A stretch of DNA of 64,000 nucleotides from the IMG/VR virus record IMGVR_UViG_3300036770_008730, one strand, 5' to 3'. A program made the translations under genes and the position numbers. Every line of letters starts with the position of its first letter. The stretch's first letter is position 1. Positions 36,768-44,854 of the stretch are shown in pieces. The notes beneath the pieces are model-generated. The model was not told the origin of the DNA and searched no databases. It saw only the letters and a program-made list of their open reading frames with translations. This stretch comes from a virus. Lineage: Duplodnaviria > Caudoviricetes.

Positions 36768-37082
36768 TTAAAATTTATGTGGAAAAATACTTCTCCATTC
36801 ATGTCCTTGTGGAACATCTTTAGTTCTAACTCCGAATATCTTTTTTTCAGGACAAGTGTCTTTACCATCCATTAGGAAGTTATTATTACAAGCCCAAACT
36901 TCGGCAGTTCTATTTAGAATTTGACCAACTGAGAAGGGAAATCTCATTCCAGAGTTATTTTCAATGCTGGTGATTCTACCGTCAGGTGTTTTTGTTACGG
37001 TTATTTCAAGTCTTGAATTTCTTTTATGAGTGAATTTAACTTCTCTAAGATTTAGAGATTCAAAGTTTTTAAGATGTTTCAT
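36768..37082 (-). CDS. hypothetical protein with capsid-targeting-like N-terminus (start refined to 37082)
   Basis: MKHLKNFESLN; ATGA overlap with the upstream gene. Confidence 0.65.
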   Translation of the reverse strand: MKHLKNFESLNLREVKFTHKRNSRLEITVTKTPDGRITSIENNSGMRFPFSVGQILNRTAEVWACNNNFLMDGKDTCPEKKIFGVRTKDVPQGHEWRSIFPHKF

Positions 37083-37519
37083 TTTATTACTCCCCAAATG
37101 GTATCAACATTTATATTGTAGTCAATTAGGATATTCTCAATCTCTTGAAAGTTGATATCATTATATCCTATTACATTTACAAGTCTATCACTATACCAGC
37201 CTTTAAATATATCCCAATTATCACAATAATCAAAATTACCATCTTCATTAGATGTTAAATATTCAACGGCATCATCTAGTGTTTCATGAACAGAAGTATA
37301 GCAACTATAATCTATATTGATCATCATATATTTTCCCATTTCGCCTGGATTTTCCCATGATGATATACTTTCTGAAAGTTCTATAAATAGGACCGAATAA
37401 ACACGGTTGATAGGTAACTTATCGACTTGTGGTGATAATTTAGATTTCATAAGAGCCAACTCTAAGGAATTTGCTTGCTGTGGACTTAGATTCTCATTAA
37501 AATTTTTCAAATGTTTCAT
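37079..37519 (-). CDS. hypothetical protein with capsid-targeting-like N-terminus (start refined to 37519)
   Basis: MKHLKNFNEN; TTTAATATATAC 4 nt upstream. Confidence 0.65.
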   Translation of the reverse strand: MKHLKNFNENLSPQQANSLELALMKSKLSPQVDKLPINRVYSVLFIELSESISSWENPGEMGKYMMINIDYSCYTSVHETLDDAVEYLTSNEDGNFDYCDNWDIFKGWYSDRLVNVIGYNDINFQEIENILIDYNINVDTIWGVIK

Positions 37520-37535
37520 AGTGTATATATTAAAA

Positions 37536-38408
37536 TTAAAGACAAGATAAATATCTTTCACCTCTATCACATAGTATAGTTATGATATTTCCATCCATAT
37601 CTGGATACTTTTCTAAAAGTCTTTCTGATGCTAATATATTGGCTCCTGAACTAATTCCAACAAATAGACCTTGTTCTTTAGCAAGTCTTTTAGCTCTCGC
37701 TTTAGCTTCTTCAGTTGAAATAATTATAATATCATCAACTTCTTTTAAATCTACTAAAAACTTGGATCCATCTCCAATACCTTGTATTCCGTGAAGACCA
37801 GGTAATCCACCAGACATAACAGGTGATTCAGCTGGTTCAACCGCCACTGTCTTCATATTATGGTTATACCACTTTAAAACACGAGAAGTACCCATAAGAG
37901 TACCTCCTGTTCCTGTTCCATCAACAAATGCAGCAATTCTGTTTGTATGTTGGTGTAAAATCTCAACAGCTGTTCCTTTTTCATGCGCTTCAATATTTAA
38001 AGGATTACTAAATTGTTTAGGATTAAAATATCCATTTTCCTCAGCTAATTTGTCTCTAAGTGCAATAGCCTCATCAAATTTACCATCTTCTACTTCAATT
38101 AGTTCAGCACCATATAATCTTAACATTTGTTTACGTTCTTCAGACATATTTCTTGGCATAACTATAATACATTTATATCCTCTTTCTGCTGCTAAGAAAG
38201 CAAAGGCAATTCCAGAGTTTCCAGATGTCGCTTCAATAATTGTATCACCTTTTCCAATAAGATTATTCTTCTCGGCGTTATTAATTATATAGGAAGCCAT
38301 TCTGTCTTTTATTGATCCGCTTGGATTTTGTCCTTCGAACTTTGCAAATATTCTATCTGATATTTTTATTAACGGGGTGTTGCCTACTTGATTGGAGAGT
38401 TGTTTCAT
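37536..38408 (-). CDS. cysK: cysteine synthase (O-acetylserine sulfhydrylase, PLP-dependent)
   Basis: GNTPL, KFEGQNPSGSIKDR (PLP Lys), EATSGNSG, GTGTGGT, H.IQGIG, GISSGAN, D.GERYLS. Confidence 0.93.
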   Translation of the reverse strand: MKQLSNQVGNTPLIKISDRIFAKFEGQNPSGSIKDRMASYIINNAEKNNLIGKGDTIIEATSGNSGIAFAFLAAERGYKCIIVMPRNMSEERKQMLRLYGAELIEVEDGKFDEAIALRDKLAEENGYFNPKQFSNPLNIEAHEKGTAVEILHQHTNRIAAFVDGTGTGGTLMGTSRVLKWYNHNMKTVAVEPAESPVMSGGLPGLHGIQGIGDGSKFLVDLKEVDDIIIISTEEAKARAKRLAKEQGLFVGISSGANILASERLLEKYPDMDGNIITILCDRGERYLSCL

Positions 38409-38444
38409 AAAGAGATTTATTTTGTAATTTATATATTAAAATGG

Positions 38445-38475
38445 TTTATTTTGACGGATAAAATTCGTAAATTTG
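38445..38475 (+). promoter_or_regulatory. Bacteroidota-type sigma70 promoter (imperfect -33)
   Basis: TAAATTTG 38468-38475; TTTA 19 nt upstream. Confidence 0.55.
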
Positions 38476-38492
38476 TATATAATATTTTAGAT

Positions 38493-39071
38493 ATGGACAT
38501 TTGGTTTATTTCAGATACGCATTATGGGCACACAAACATTACCGGGTCTGATATTTCTCGTTGGAAAAGTGGATATAGAAACTTCAAAACACTTCATCAA
38601 ATGAATAAGGTTTTGGTAGATGGTATAAACAAATATGTCAAAGAAGATGATGTGCTTTATCATTTAGGTGATTGGAGTTTTGGAGGAGTTGATAACATAA
38701 AATTATTTAGAGATAGTTTGATATGTCAAAATATACACTTGATTAGAGGAAATCATGATGATAACATAGAAGGGTCTCAGATTGATTTATTTTCATCTGT
38801 TCAAGATGTACTAACTTTGAAAATTGGTAAAATGACTATTTTCCTTTCTCACTATTCACATCGTGTGTGGTTAGGTAGTCATAAAGGTGTTATTCATTTA
38901 TATGGACACAGTCATGGTTCAATTCCGGATATTGGAAAGTCAATGGATGTTGGTGTGGATGTTGCTTATAAAATGTTTGGTGAATATCGACCCTTTAATA
39001 TATCAGATATAAATAGAATTATGGAAAAGAGAGAAATACATAAAATTGATAGTCATGTTAGAGAAGAATAA
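38493..39071 (+). CDS. calcineurin-like metallophosphoesterase (start refined to 38493)
   Basis: SDTHYGH, HLGD, RGNHD, SHY, GHSH, DVGVD. Confidence 0.88.
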   Translation: MDIWFISDTHYGHTNITGSDISRWKSGYRNFKTLHQMNKVLVDGINKYVKEDDVLYHLGDWSFGGVDNIKLFRDSLICQNIHLIRGNHDDNIEGSQIDLFSSVQDVLTLKIGKMTIFLSHYSHRVWLGSHKGVIHLYGHSHGSIPDIGKSMDVGVDVAYKMFGEYRPFNISDINRIMEKREIHKIDSHVREE

Positions 39072-39228
39072 TATAGTAAGTAAATTAGGTAAATCTAATT
39101 TGAAAATGTTAATAAATTCAATTTATGGTTCAATTCCAGGTGCTGATAATTTATGGCATAATATGTATAAAAAATATACTAGAACTGAATTTAGAAAACA
39201 AAAAATTAAAAACATTTTAAATGATTGA
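39046..39228 (+). CDS. small protein with a PolB-like KMLINSIYG motif and C-terminal RKQKIKNIL tag
   Basis: ORF track; motifs read directly. Confidence 0.55.
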   Translation: MIVMLEKNNIVSKLGKSNLKMLINSIYGSIPGADNLWHNMYKKYTRTEFRKQKIKNILND

Positions 39229-39844
39229 TATTTTTGATAAAAATAATATAGACCTAAGTAATATCATTTGTCATAGTGGTGGTGCTGTTGGTGCTGATAC
39301 TTATTGGGAAGAGATTGGTGAAAAGTTTGGAGTAAAGACAAGTGCTTATTCTTATAAGACTAAATATCACACTTCTGTAAATAAAGTTGAGATTAGTAAT
39401 GAAGATTTTATTGAAGGTATAGAGCAAGTTAATAAGGCAAATCTTAATCTTAAACGATATGGTATTCATAAGTTTATTAATTTACTTGCCCGAAATTGGG
39501 CACAGGTAAAATACTCAGAACAGATATTTGCTATTGGAACATTTTTAAAACCCGGTGAAAAAGATTCAAAGGGCTATGTTAATAAAGGAACTATTGATGT
39601 TGTTTCTGGTGGGACTGGATATGCTGTAATGATGGGTATTAATAATGAAAAAGAAGTATTTCTTTTTGACCAGGTTAGAGATTCTTGGTATAGATGGTCT
39701 TATACTTCAAATTCTTTTGTGGTATTGAAAAATTGTCCAAAAATTACTAAACAGAATTTTGCTGGAATTGGCACTAGAGAAATAAAACAAAATGGTATAG
39801 AACAGATAGAAAAGGTTTACGGACTTACTTTTAACAATGAGTGA
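39221..39844 (+). CDS. SLOG/DprA-superfamily-like protein
   Basis: CHSGGAVGAD, ARN..QV, SGGTGYAV, FAGIGTR. Confidence 0.55.
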   Translation: MIDIFDKNNIDLSNIICHSGGAVGADTYWEEIGEKFGVKTSAYSYKTKYHTSVNKVEISNEDFIEGIEQVNKANLNLKRYGIHKFINLLARNWAQVKYSEQIFAIGTFLKPGEKDSKGYVNKGTIDVVSGGTGYAVMMGINNEKEVFLFDQVRDSWYRWSYTSNSFVVLKNCPKITKQNFAGIGTREIKQNGIEQIEKVYGLTFNNE

Positions 39845-40118
39845 TTATTTTATAAAATATAAAAATTTAGCAATTTATGCTGAGGAGTCTCGCAAATTAG
39901 TGAGAAGAAATTACAAATGTCAAGTAGTTGCCACAGAGGCTGATACTTTATTTGATAAATATAAAACTAAGAATCCATATGCTCAATGTCGTAAATTAAC
40001 TATTGAAAGTGTTGAGAATTTGCTTCCGGTAAATCTAAAATTAGGCTTACTTGAACTGCCTGAAGTTCAAGCTTTAATCAGAGAAGATAAAATAAATAAG
40101 ATTATAGAAAATGATTAA
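39837..40118 (+). CDS. small hypothetical protein with C-terminal REDKINKII tag
   Basis: ORF track; overlapping operon gene. Confidence 0.6.
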   Translation: MSDYFIKYKNLAIYAEESRKLVRRNYKCQVVATEADTLFDKYKTKNPYAQCRKLTIESVENLLPVNLKLGLLELPEVQALIREDKINKIIEND

Positions 40119-40590
40119 TATAAAAAAATGGTTTAGTTATGACCCCTTTGAGTGGAAAGTAAAAGTTTCAGCAGGTGTTATAATTATTTTAAGGAATGAA
40201 AAGATACTACTTTGTCATCCAACTGGTCATCCATGGAATGATAGTTATTCTTTTCCAAAGGGTGGAGTTGATGATGGTGAGTCGAATATTGATGCAGCAA
40301 TAAGAGAATTAAAAGAGGAGACTTCTTTAGTTATTGATGAGTCTCAAATTGATAATATAAATAGACCAATAATCGTAAATTATAGAAATAAAAAAGGTCG
40401 TAAATATAAAAAGGTTATTTTATATACGGTGAGAATTTCTTCGATATCAGAGGTCGGACTTGACAGAGATATTATAGAAAGAGAAAGATTACAACTTGAT
40501 GAAGTTGATTGGTGTGGATTTCTAACTAAACAAGATGCTCATCCAAAGATATTTCATCGATTTGCTCACTTACTTGATTTAATAAAATGA
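40111..40590 (+). CDS. Nudix hydrolase
   Basis: Nudix box GGVDDGESNIDAAIRELKEET. Confidence 0.88.
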   Translation: MINIKKWFSYDPFEWKVKVSAGVIIILRNEKILLCHPTGHPWNDSYSFPKGGVDDGESNIDAAIRELKEETSLVIDESQIDNINRPIIVNYRNKKGRKYKKVILYTVRISSISEVGLDRDIIERERLQLDEVDWCGFLTKQDAHPKIFHRFAHLLDLIK

Positions 40591-40919
40591 AAAATGAATT
40601 AGATTTATCAAATCCTATATTTGTAATCTATGTAAATACACAGATTGCAACAGAACCTTCTAAATACTTAAATGAGGTTAAGAGTATGTTTGATATTTAT
40701 AATAATGTGACATTTTGGATAGTTTCTTCTGATGAAAATAGAATTGAGTGTGTTTGGGATGCTAAAGAGGGAGATAAAATTGAAGAACAAAAAAGACTAT
40801 TAAATGAGATAAATGCGAAAGTTAAATTATTTTCCGAGTCTAAAAATATCGAAGAGTTCAAAATGAACTTTAGAAACTGGACAATAGATGAATTAGTGTA
40901 TGGCGATAAAGAAGAATAA
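40587..40919 (+). CDS. hypothetical protein
   Basis: 110-aa ORF, ATGA overlap. Confidence 0.6.
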   Translation: MKNELDLSNPIFVIYVNTQIATEPSKYLNEVKSMFDIYNNVTFWIVSSDENRIECVWDAKEGDKIEEQKRLLNEINAKVKLFSESKNIEEFKMNFRNWTIDELVYGDKEE

Positions 40920-41265
40920 AATAGAATTATTAGATATTCAGTTTTTGAAAACTGAAATGGAAAATTACTATAATCATATAGAATCTCTATATGATGATTT
41001 CTATTATTATGACCTCTGTGATTACTATTGTGAATGTGATGATTGTATGTCAACTTACACTTATTTATCAACACAGAAATCAAATTTAATTTATCGAGTT
41101 GGTAGAAAGCAAATGCGTTTTGTAGGTGAACCAATACTTGGTCAAATGATTGATATGAAATCTTTTTATCCAAAGGATGTTATTAGACAACTTAGAATAG
41201 ATTATTTACTTGGAATAAAAAATGAATTTACTAAACCAACGATAGGGGATATTTTTAATAAATAG
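40900..41265 (+). CDS. hypothetical protein with Cys/Tyr/Asp-rich cluster
   Basis: CDYYCECDDC; RQLRIDYLL tag. Confidence 0.6.
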   Translation: MAIKKNKIELLDIQFLKTEMENYYNHIESLYDDFYYYDLCDYYCECDDCMSTYTYLSTQKSNLIYRVGRKQMRFVGEPILGQMIDMKSFYPKDVIRQLRIDYLLGIKNEFTKPTIGDIFNK

Positions 41266-41269
41266 TGTT

Positions 41270-42427
41270 ATGAAAAATATAGAAATTTTTGAAGGTAATT
41301 TTACAGTTGAACAAGTAAATTCAAATCCAGGTAAAATATTTGTAGTTAGTGATAATCTAATGAAAGCTGGTGTAAATCCATTTAGAGATCTTCCAAATGT
41401 GATTACATTAAAAATAAAAAAAGGATCTAGTAATAAGCCAGCCGCTTACTATTCTAGTTCCGAATGTGATTTATTTAGTAAAAATTTACTCACAGAGATT
41501 GTTAAAATAAAAATAAATTTATTACAAGATAAAAAGATAGTTTTCTCAAATGCTGGATATGGCAATGTTGAAAAAATTGATGTTTTTGGTCCTAAGATAA
41601 AAGAATTATTGAATCAATCTCTAAAGTCTAATTTTAATTTTGATAACAATGTTGGTAAAAAGTTTGTAAAAATACCATCTTATAGTGATATACAATTAGC
41701 TATTCCACTTCAATTAGACACTTTGGTTTATAACACACTCAGTTCACCACAGATTATACAGGCAATTTTACTTCAAAAAAAGTTAGCTTTTACTATAAAT
41801 AGTCAAGTTGAAGTTAATACACTAATAAAATTAATTTCTTCTAAATCTAAAGATGTTATTGTTTGTAGAGTTACTAATTGTCACTCTTGTGTAGATATAA
41901 CTCCTGAGAATTGGTCATTGTTAGAACTTAGTGATGTTAGAAATTATGATCCTAATAAATTTCAAATATTTACTGAATTTATTTGTTCAGTGAACCCATC
42001 AGGTCTTATGAATTTTAATAGTGAAATATTTGGAAATCAGAAAAAAATTCAACAAAAGACTGATGTGAAAGACCAACCTGTTCAATCCACATCTACTAAT
42101 GAAATTAATATCCCCGAAAATAAAACCGATATGGAAATTCAACCATCAAATAGTCAAATTATAGAACTTTTACAGTCTATTGAATCTAAGCTTGATTTAC
42201 TTATTGAGAAAAAAAGCTCGAAAAAGCTCAACCTATTTAACATAAAGAACTTTTTTCAAAAAAAGACACTTAATGAAATTTTATTTGATGAAAATATTTC
42301 TGGAGAAGTAAAAGATATTGGTGATGGAACATATGAAATTGTAACTGATGACAAAATACTATTTGTTAAATTAAACAAAGGTTTATTCAAAAATTCTATA
42401 AAAGTAGTTTTAACAAAGTCAAAATAG
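41270..42427 (+). CDS. hypothetical protein
   Basis: 385-aa ORF ending the operon. Confidence 0.7.
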   Translation: MKNIEIFEGNFTVEQVNSNPGKIFVVSDNLMKAGVNPFRDLPNVITLKIKKGSSNKPAAYYSSSECDLFSKNLLTEIVKIKINLLQDKKIVFSNAGYGNVEKIDVFGPKIKELLNQSLKSNFNFDNNVGKKFVKIPSYSDIQLAIPLQLDTLVYNTLSSPQIIQAILLQKKLAFTINSQVEVNTLIKLISSKSKDVIVCRVTNCHSCVDITPENWSLLELSDVRNYDPNKFQIFTEFICSVNPSGLMNFNSEIFGNQKKIQQKTDVKDQPVQSTSTNEINIPENKTDMEIQPSNSQIIELLQSIESKLDLLIEKKSSKKLNLFNIKNFFQKKTLNEILFDENISGEVKDIGDGTYEIVTDDKILFVKLNKGLFKNSIKVVLTKSK

Positions 42428-42429
42428 AT

Positions 42430-42460
42430 TTTGTAAATCTATAAATTATCCTTATATTTG
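42430..42460 (+). promoter_or_regulatory. Bacteroidota-type sigma70 promoter
   Basis: TTTG 42430-42433, 19-nt spacer, TATATTTG 42453-42460. Confidence 0.75.
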
Positions 42461-42514
42461 TATTAATTCAAGGTCCAGTTCCTTTTACGGGACCTCTAAC
42501 GGAATTTACCTATT

Positions 42515-42922
42515 ATGAGTAGAAAACTTAAAAAAATAAAAAAGTGGATTGAAAATAGTGGTTACTTATTCAAACTCGGTAATGTCGACCAGGTATGCTA
42601 CGACAATCTTGAGGTAACCATAAGTTCAAGACAAAAAGATAAAAATAAAATCTTTTCCGCACTTCACGAGTGTGGGCATATTATACTTGCTAATAAAAGA
42701 AATTATTCTAAAATGTATAAGGCTATTGAGAAATCATATTTCGATTCAAGAATAAAGAGGTCGGATTTATTTAAATATCAACATTTAAAAGAAGAAATTG
42801 ATGCTTGGCAAAGAGGATTAAAACTTGCTAAATCATTGAATATAAAAATAGACAAAGATGAATATGATAAATACGCAGCCAAATGTGTAAAAACTTATAT
42901 TCAACTTTACGGAACAAAATAA
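42515..42922 (+). CDS. small HExxH zinc-metallopeptidase-like (IrrE/ImmA-type) protein
   Basis: ALHECGHI and downstream EEIDAW. Confidence 0.6.
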   Translation: MSRKLKKIKKWIENSGYLFKLGNVDQVCYDNLEVTISSRQKDKNKIFSALHECGHIILANKRNYSKMYKAIEKSYFDSRIKRSDLFKYQHLKEEIDAWQRGLKLAKSLNIKIDKDEYDKYAAKCVKTYIQLYGTK

Positions 42923-42993
42923 GGTCTGGTGGTCGAGCGTTTAGACGGAGGATCGCAAATCCTTTTACGGTGGTTAGAATCCATCCCAGACCT
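42923..42993 (+). tRNA. tRNA-Cys (GCA), atypical C33 and T-loop, CCA not encoded
   Basis: Acceptor GGTCTGG/CCAGACC + U73; D stem GTC/GAC; anticodon stem GAGGA/TCCTT with loop TC-GCA-AA (anticodon 42955-42957); T stem GGTGG/CCATC with loop TTAGAAT. Confidence 0.8.
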
Positions 42994-43007
42994 CTAATAT
43001 AATATTT

Positions 43008-43625
43008 ATGGCTCCTGGTATGCGCGCGATGGCGACTGATAGACTCAGTAAAGAAGAACTAATTTCCGAGAATAGAAATTGGAAGTTAAAAGTTCTTCAT
43101 GGTGAAATTAAATTTGCTTTTGATAAAAAACAAATTGATAAATATATTGATAGGCTTAATTTCATTTATGAAAATTTTCCAAATGAGATAGTTAGTGGCT
43201 CATTAGCCTTAAATCTATTTGGTCTAATTAGTAGACACTCAAATGATATAGATATTCTTATATCTGATAAAAATAAATTCTCAGGATATACTCTATCAAC
43301 TTATGGTGATGAAGAAATTAAAACACCTAATAGATTGGGTTATATTGAATATAAATGGAAATCTAACATTTTTTCTGAGACTCGTCATTATGAAGTTGAC
43401 TTCTTTGAGGATCCAGAGGCTAATTTTATTGAGTTAAAATTTGGAATGCTTAATAATAAAACTTTGAAAATACATAATCCAGTTGATATTGTGGGGTATA
43501 AGTTAAAATTGGCCTTGAGTGGTCAGGGATTTTCATCAACTCGTATTAAACATAATACAGACTTAACTTATATTTTTGGTCAAAATCCTTGGCAACTTGT
43601 GTTGAAAGGAGACTTGATAATTTAA
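43008..43625 (+). CDS. nucleotidyltransferase-like protein (Pol-beta superfamily)
   Basis: VSGSLAL-x11-NDIDIL matches hG[GS]...DhD; third acidic YEVDFF. Confidence 0.55.
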   Translation: MAPGMRAMATDRLSKEELISENRNWKLKVLHGEIKFAFDKKQIDKYIDRLNFIYENFPNEIVSGSLALNLFGLISRHSNDIDILISDKNKFSGYTLSTYGDEEIKTPNRLGYIEYKWKSNIFSETRHYEVDFFEDPEANFIELKFGMLNNKTLKIHNPVDIVGYKLKLALSGQGFSSTRIKHNTDLTYIFGQNPWQLVLKGDLII

Positions 43626-43636
43626 TTTTAATTTCA

Positions 43637-43644
43637 TATATTTG
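43637..43644 (+). promoter_or_regulatory. Bacteroidota-type -7 element
   Basis: TATATTTG, with CTTG 20 nt upstream; would give a near-leaderless mRNA. Confidence 0.4.
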
Positions 43645-43647
43645 TAT

Positions 43648-44283
43648 ATGCCAAAATACGAAAATTACAGATATATCTATCCACCAAGACCTAAAAATGC
43701 CATTCCTGACTCTGAATTAGATTTTTGGGATAATGGTAGTTTAATTGCTCAGCCTAAACTAAACGGATCAAATTGTCTTATCTTCACAAATGGTCAAAGA
43801 TTTGTTGTTATGAATAGACATAGCCAGAGATTAACTAATTTTCAACTTTCTGAAAATGAGATTAAAGATATTTACAGAGGTGATGGTTGGATGATTCTCA
43901 ATGGTGAGTATTTAAATAAAAATAAAAATGATGAAACTGGTCAATCATTTAATCATAAATTTGTGATATTTGATATACTTTGTTATAATGGTGAATATTT
44001 ATTAGGAAAGACATTTTCAGAAAGAGTTGAACTACTTGATAGTTTATTTGGAAAAATTGAATCTGAAAAGAGTTATCTTTATAAGATTACTGAAAATGTA
44101 TATAGAGTGAGATCTTTTGACACAGGATTTAAGCCTTTATATGACACTTTGACACCTATTGATGTTATTGAGGGATTGGTGATGAAGAGAAAAAATGCCA
44201 GATTAGAAGTAGGTGCTACTGAGAATAATAATATAAAAAGCCAATTAAAATGCAGAAAGCCAACAAAAAATTACAAATTTTAA
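43648..44283 (+). CDS. ATP-dependent ligase adenylation-domain protein lacking an OB domain (RNA or DNA ligase-like)
   Basis: Motif I QPKLNG, Ia NRH, III LNGEY, IIIa FVIFDIL, IV EGLVMK, V LKCRK; only ~211 aa. Confidence 0.75.
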   Translation: MPKYENYRYIYPPRPKNAIPDSELDFWDNGSLIAQPKLNGSNCLIFTNGQRFVVMNRHSQRLTNFQLSENEIKDIYRGDGWMILNGEYLNKNKNDETGQSFNHKFVIFDILCYNGEYLLGKTFSERVELLDSLFGKIESEKSYLYKITENVYRVRSFDTGFKPLYDTLTPIDVIEGLVMKRKNARLEVGATENNNIKSQLKCRKPTKNYKF

Positions 44284-44337
44284 TTTTGGCACAATATTTG
44301 TTAATATATAAAAAAATAAAAAAAATAATATAAAACT

Positions 44338-44772
44338 ATGAACAACAGAAATTTTTTCGGAGACTTCGATTCATTCTTTAATGAATTCGATTCATTTTTT
44401 AATCAACCATTCAACATTATGGGTGAGACAAAAACAGAAAAAGGACAAGACTCAAAAGGTGAGTGGGTAAAACAAACTTTTACATCAAAAGATGGTTCTA
44501 TTAGAACTACTACTTTTGTAAGAACCGTAGGTTCAAATAAAACAAAAAGCGCATCTTCAGTAAAGATTGGTGATCTGAAATCAGAATTAGAAGCTTGTGT
44601 AGAAAAACAAGAATTTGAAAAAGCGGCTGAGCTTCGTGACCTAATTAAGTCAATTGAAAACAACAAACAAAAAATTGATGATTTAAATAGTGAATTAGAA
44701 GTTGCTGTAAAAAATCAAAACTTTGAAAAGGCAATTGAACTTAGAGATAAGATTAAAAAATTGCAAAAATAA
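44338..44772 (+). CDS. tandem UVR-domain protein (McsA-like C-terminus)
   Basis: CVEKQEFEKAAELRDLIK and AVKNQNFEKAIELRDKIK. Confidence 0.75.
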   Translation: MNNRNFFGDFDSFFNEFDSFFNQPFNIMGETKTEKGQDSKGEWVKQTFTSKDGSIRTTTFVRTVGSNKTKSASSVKIGDLKSELEACVEKQEFEKAAELRDLIKSIENNKQKIDDLNSELEVAVKNQNFEKAIELRDKIKKLQK

Positions 44773-44793
44773 ATCTAATCAAATATTTTTTAT

Positions 44794-44820
44794 AACCCAC
44801 TTAAAGAGTGGGTTTTTTTA
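44794..44820 (+). terminator. intrinsic terminator
   Basis: AACCCACT-taaag-AGTGGGTT followed by a T run. Confidence 0.8.
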
Positions 44821-44854
44821 TTTAATATATAAGATAAATCCTTAATATCAGAAG

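Noticed and set aside
40697-41173. 158-aa minus-strand ORF
   Set aside because: Fully overlaps two plus-strand operon genes; no motif or promoter support
43008-43050. GC-rich stretch after tRNA-Cys as a second tRNA or a fluoride riboswitch
   Set aside because: No cloverleaf and no riboswitch consensus could be built; it reads as the N-terminal codons of the NTase-like ORF
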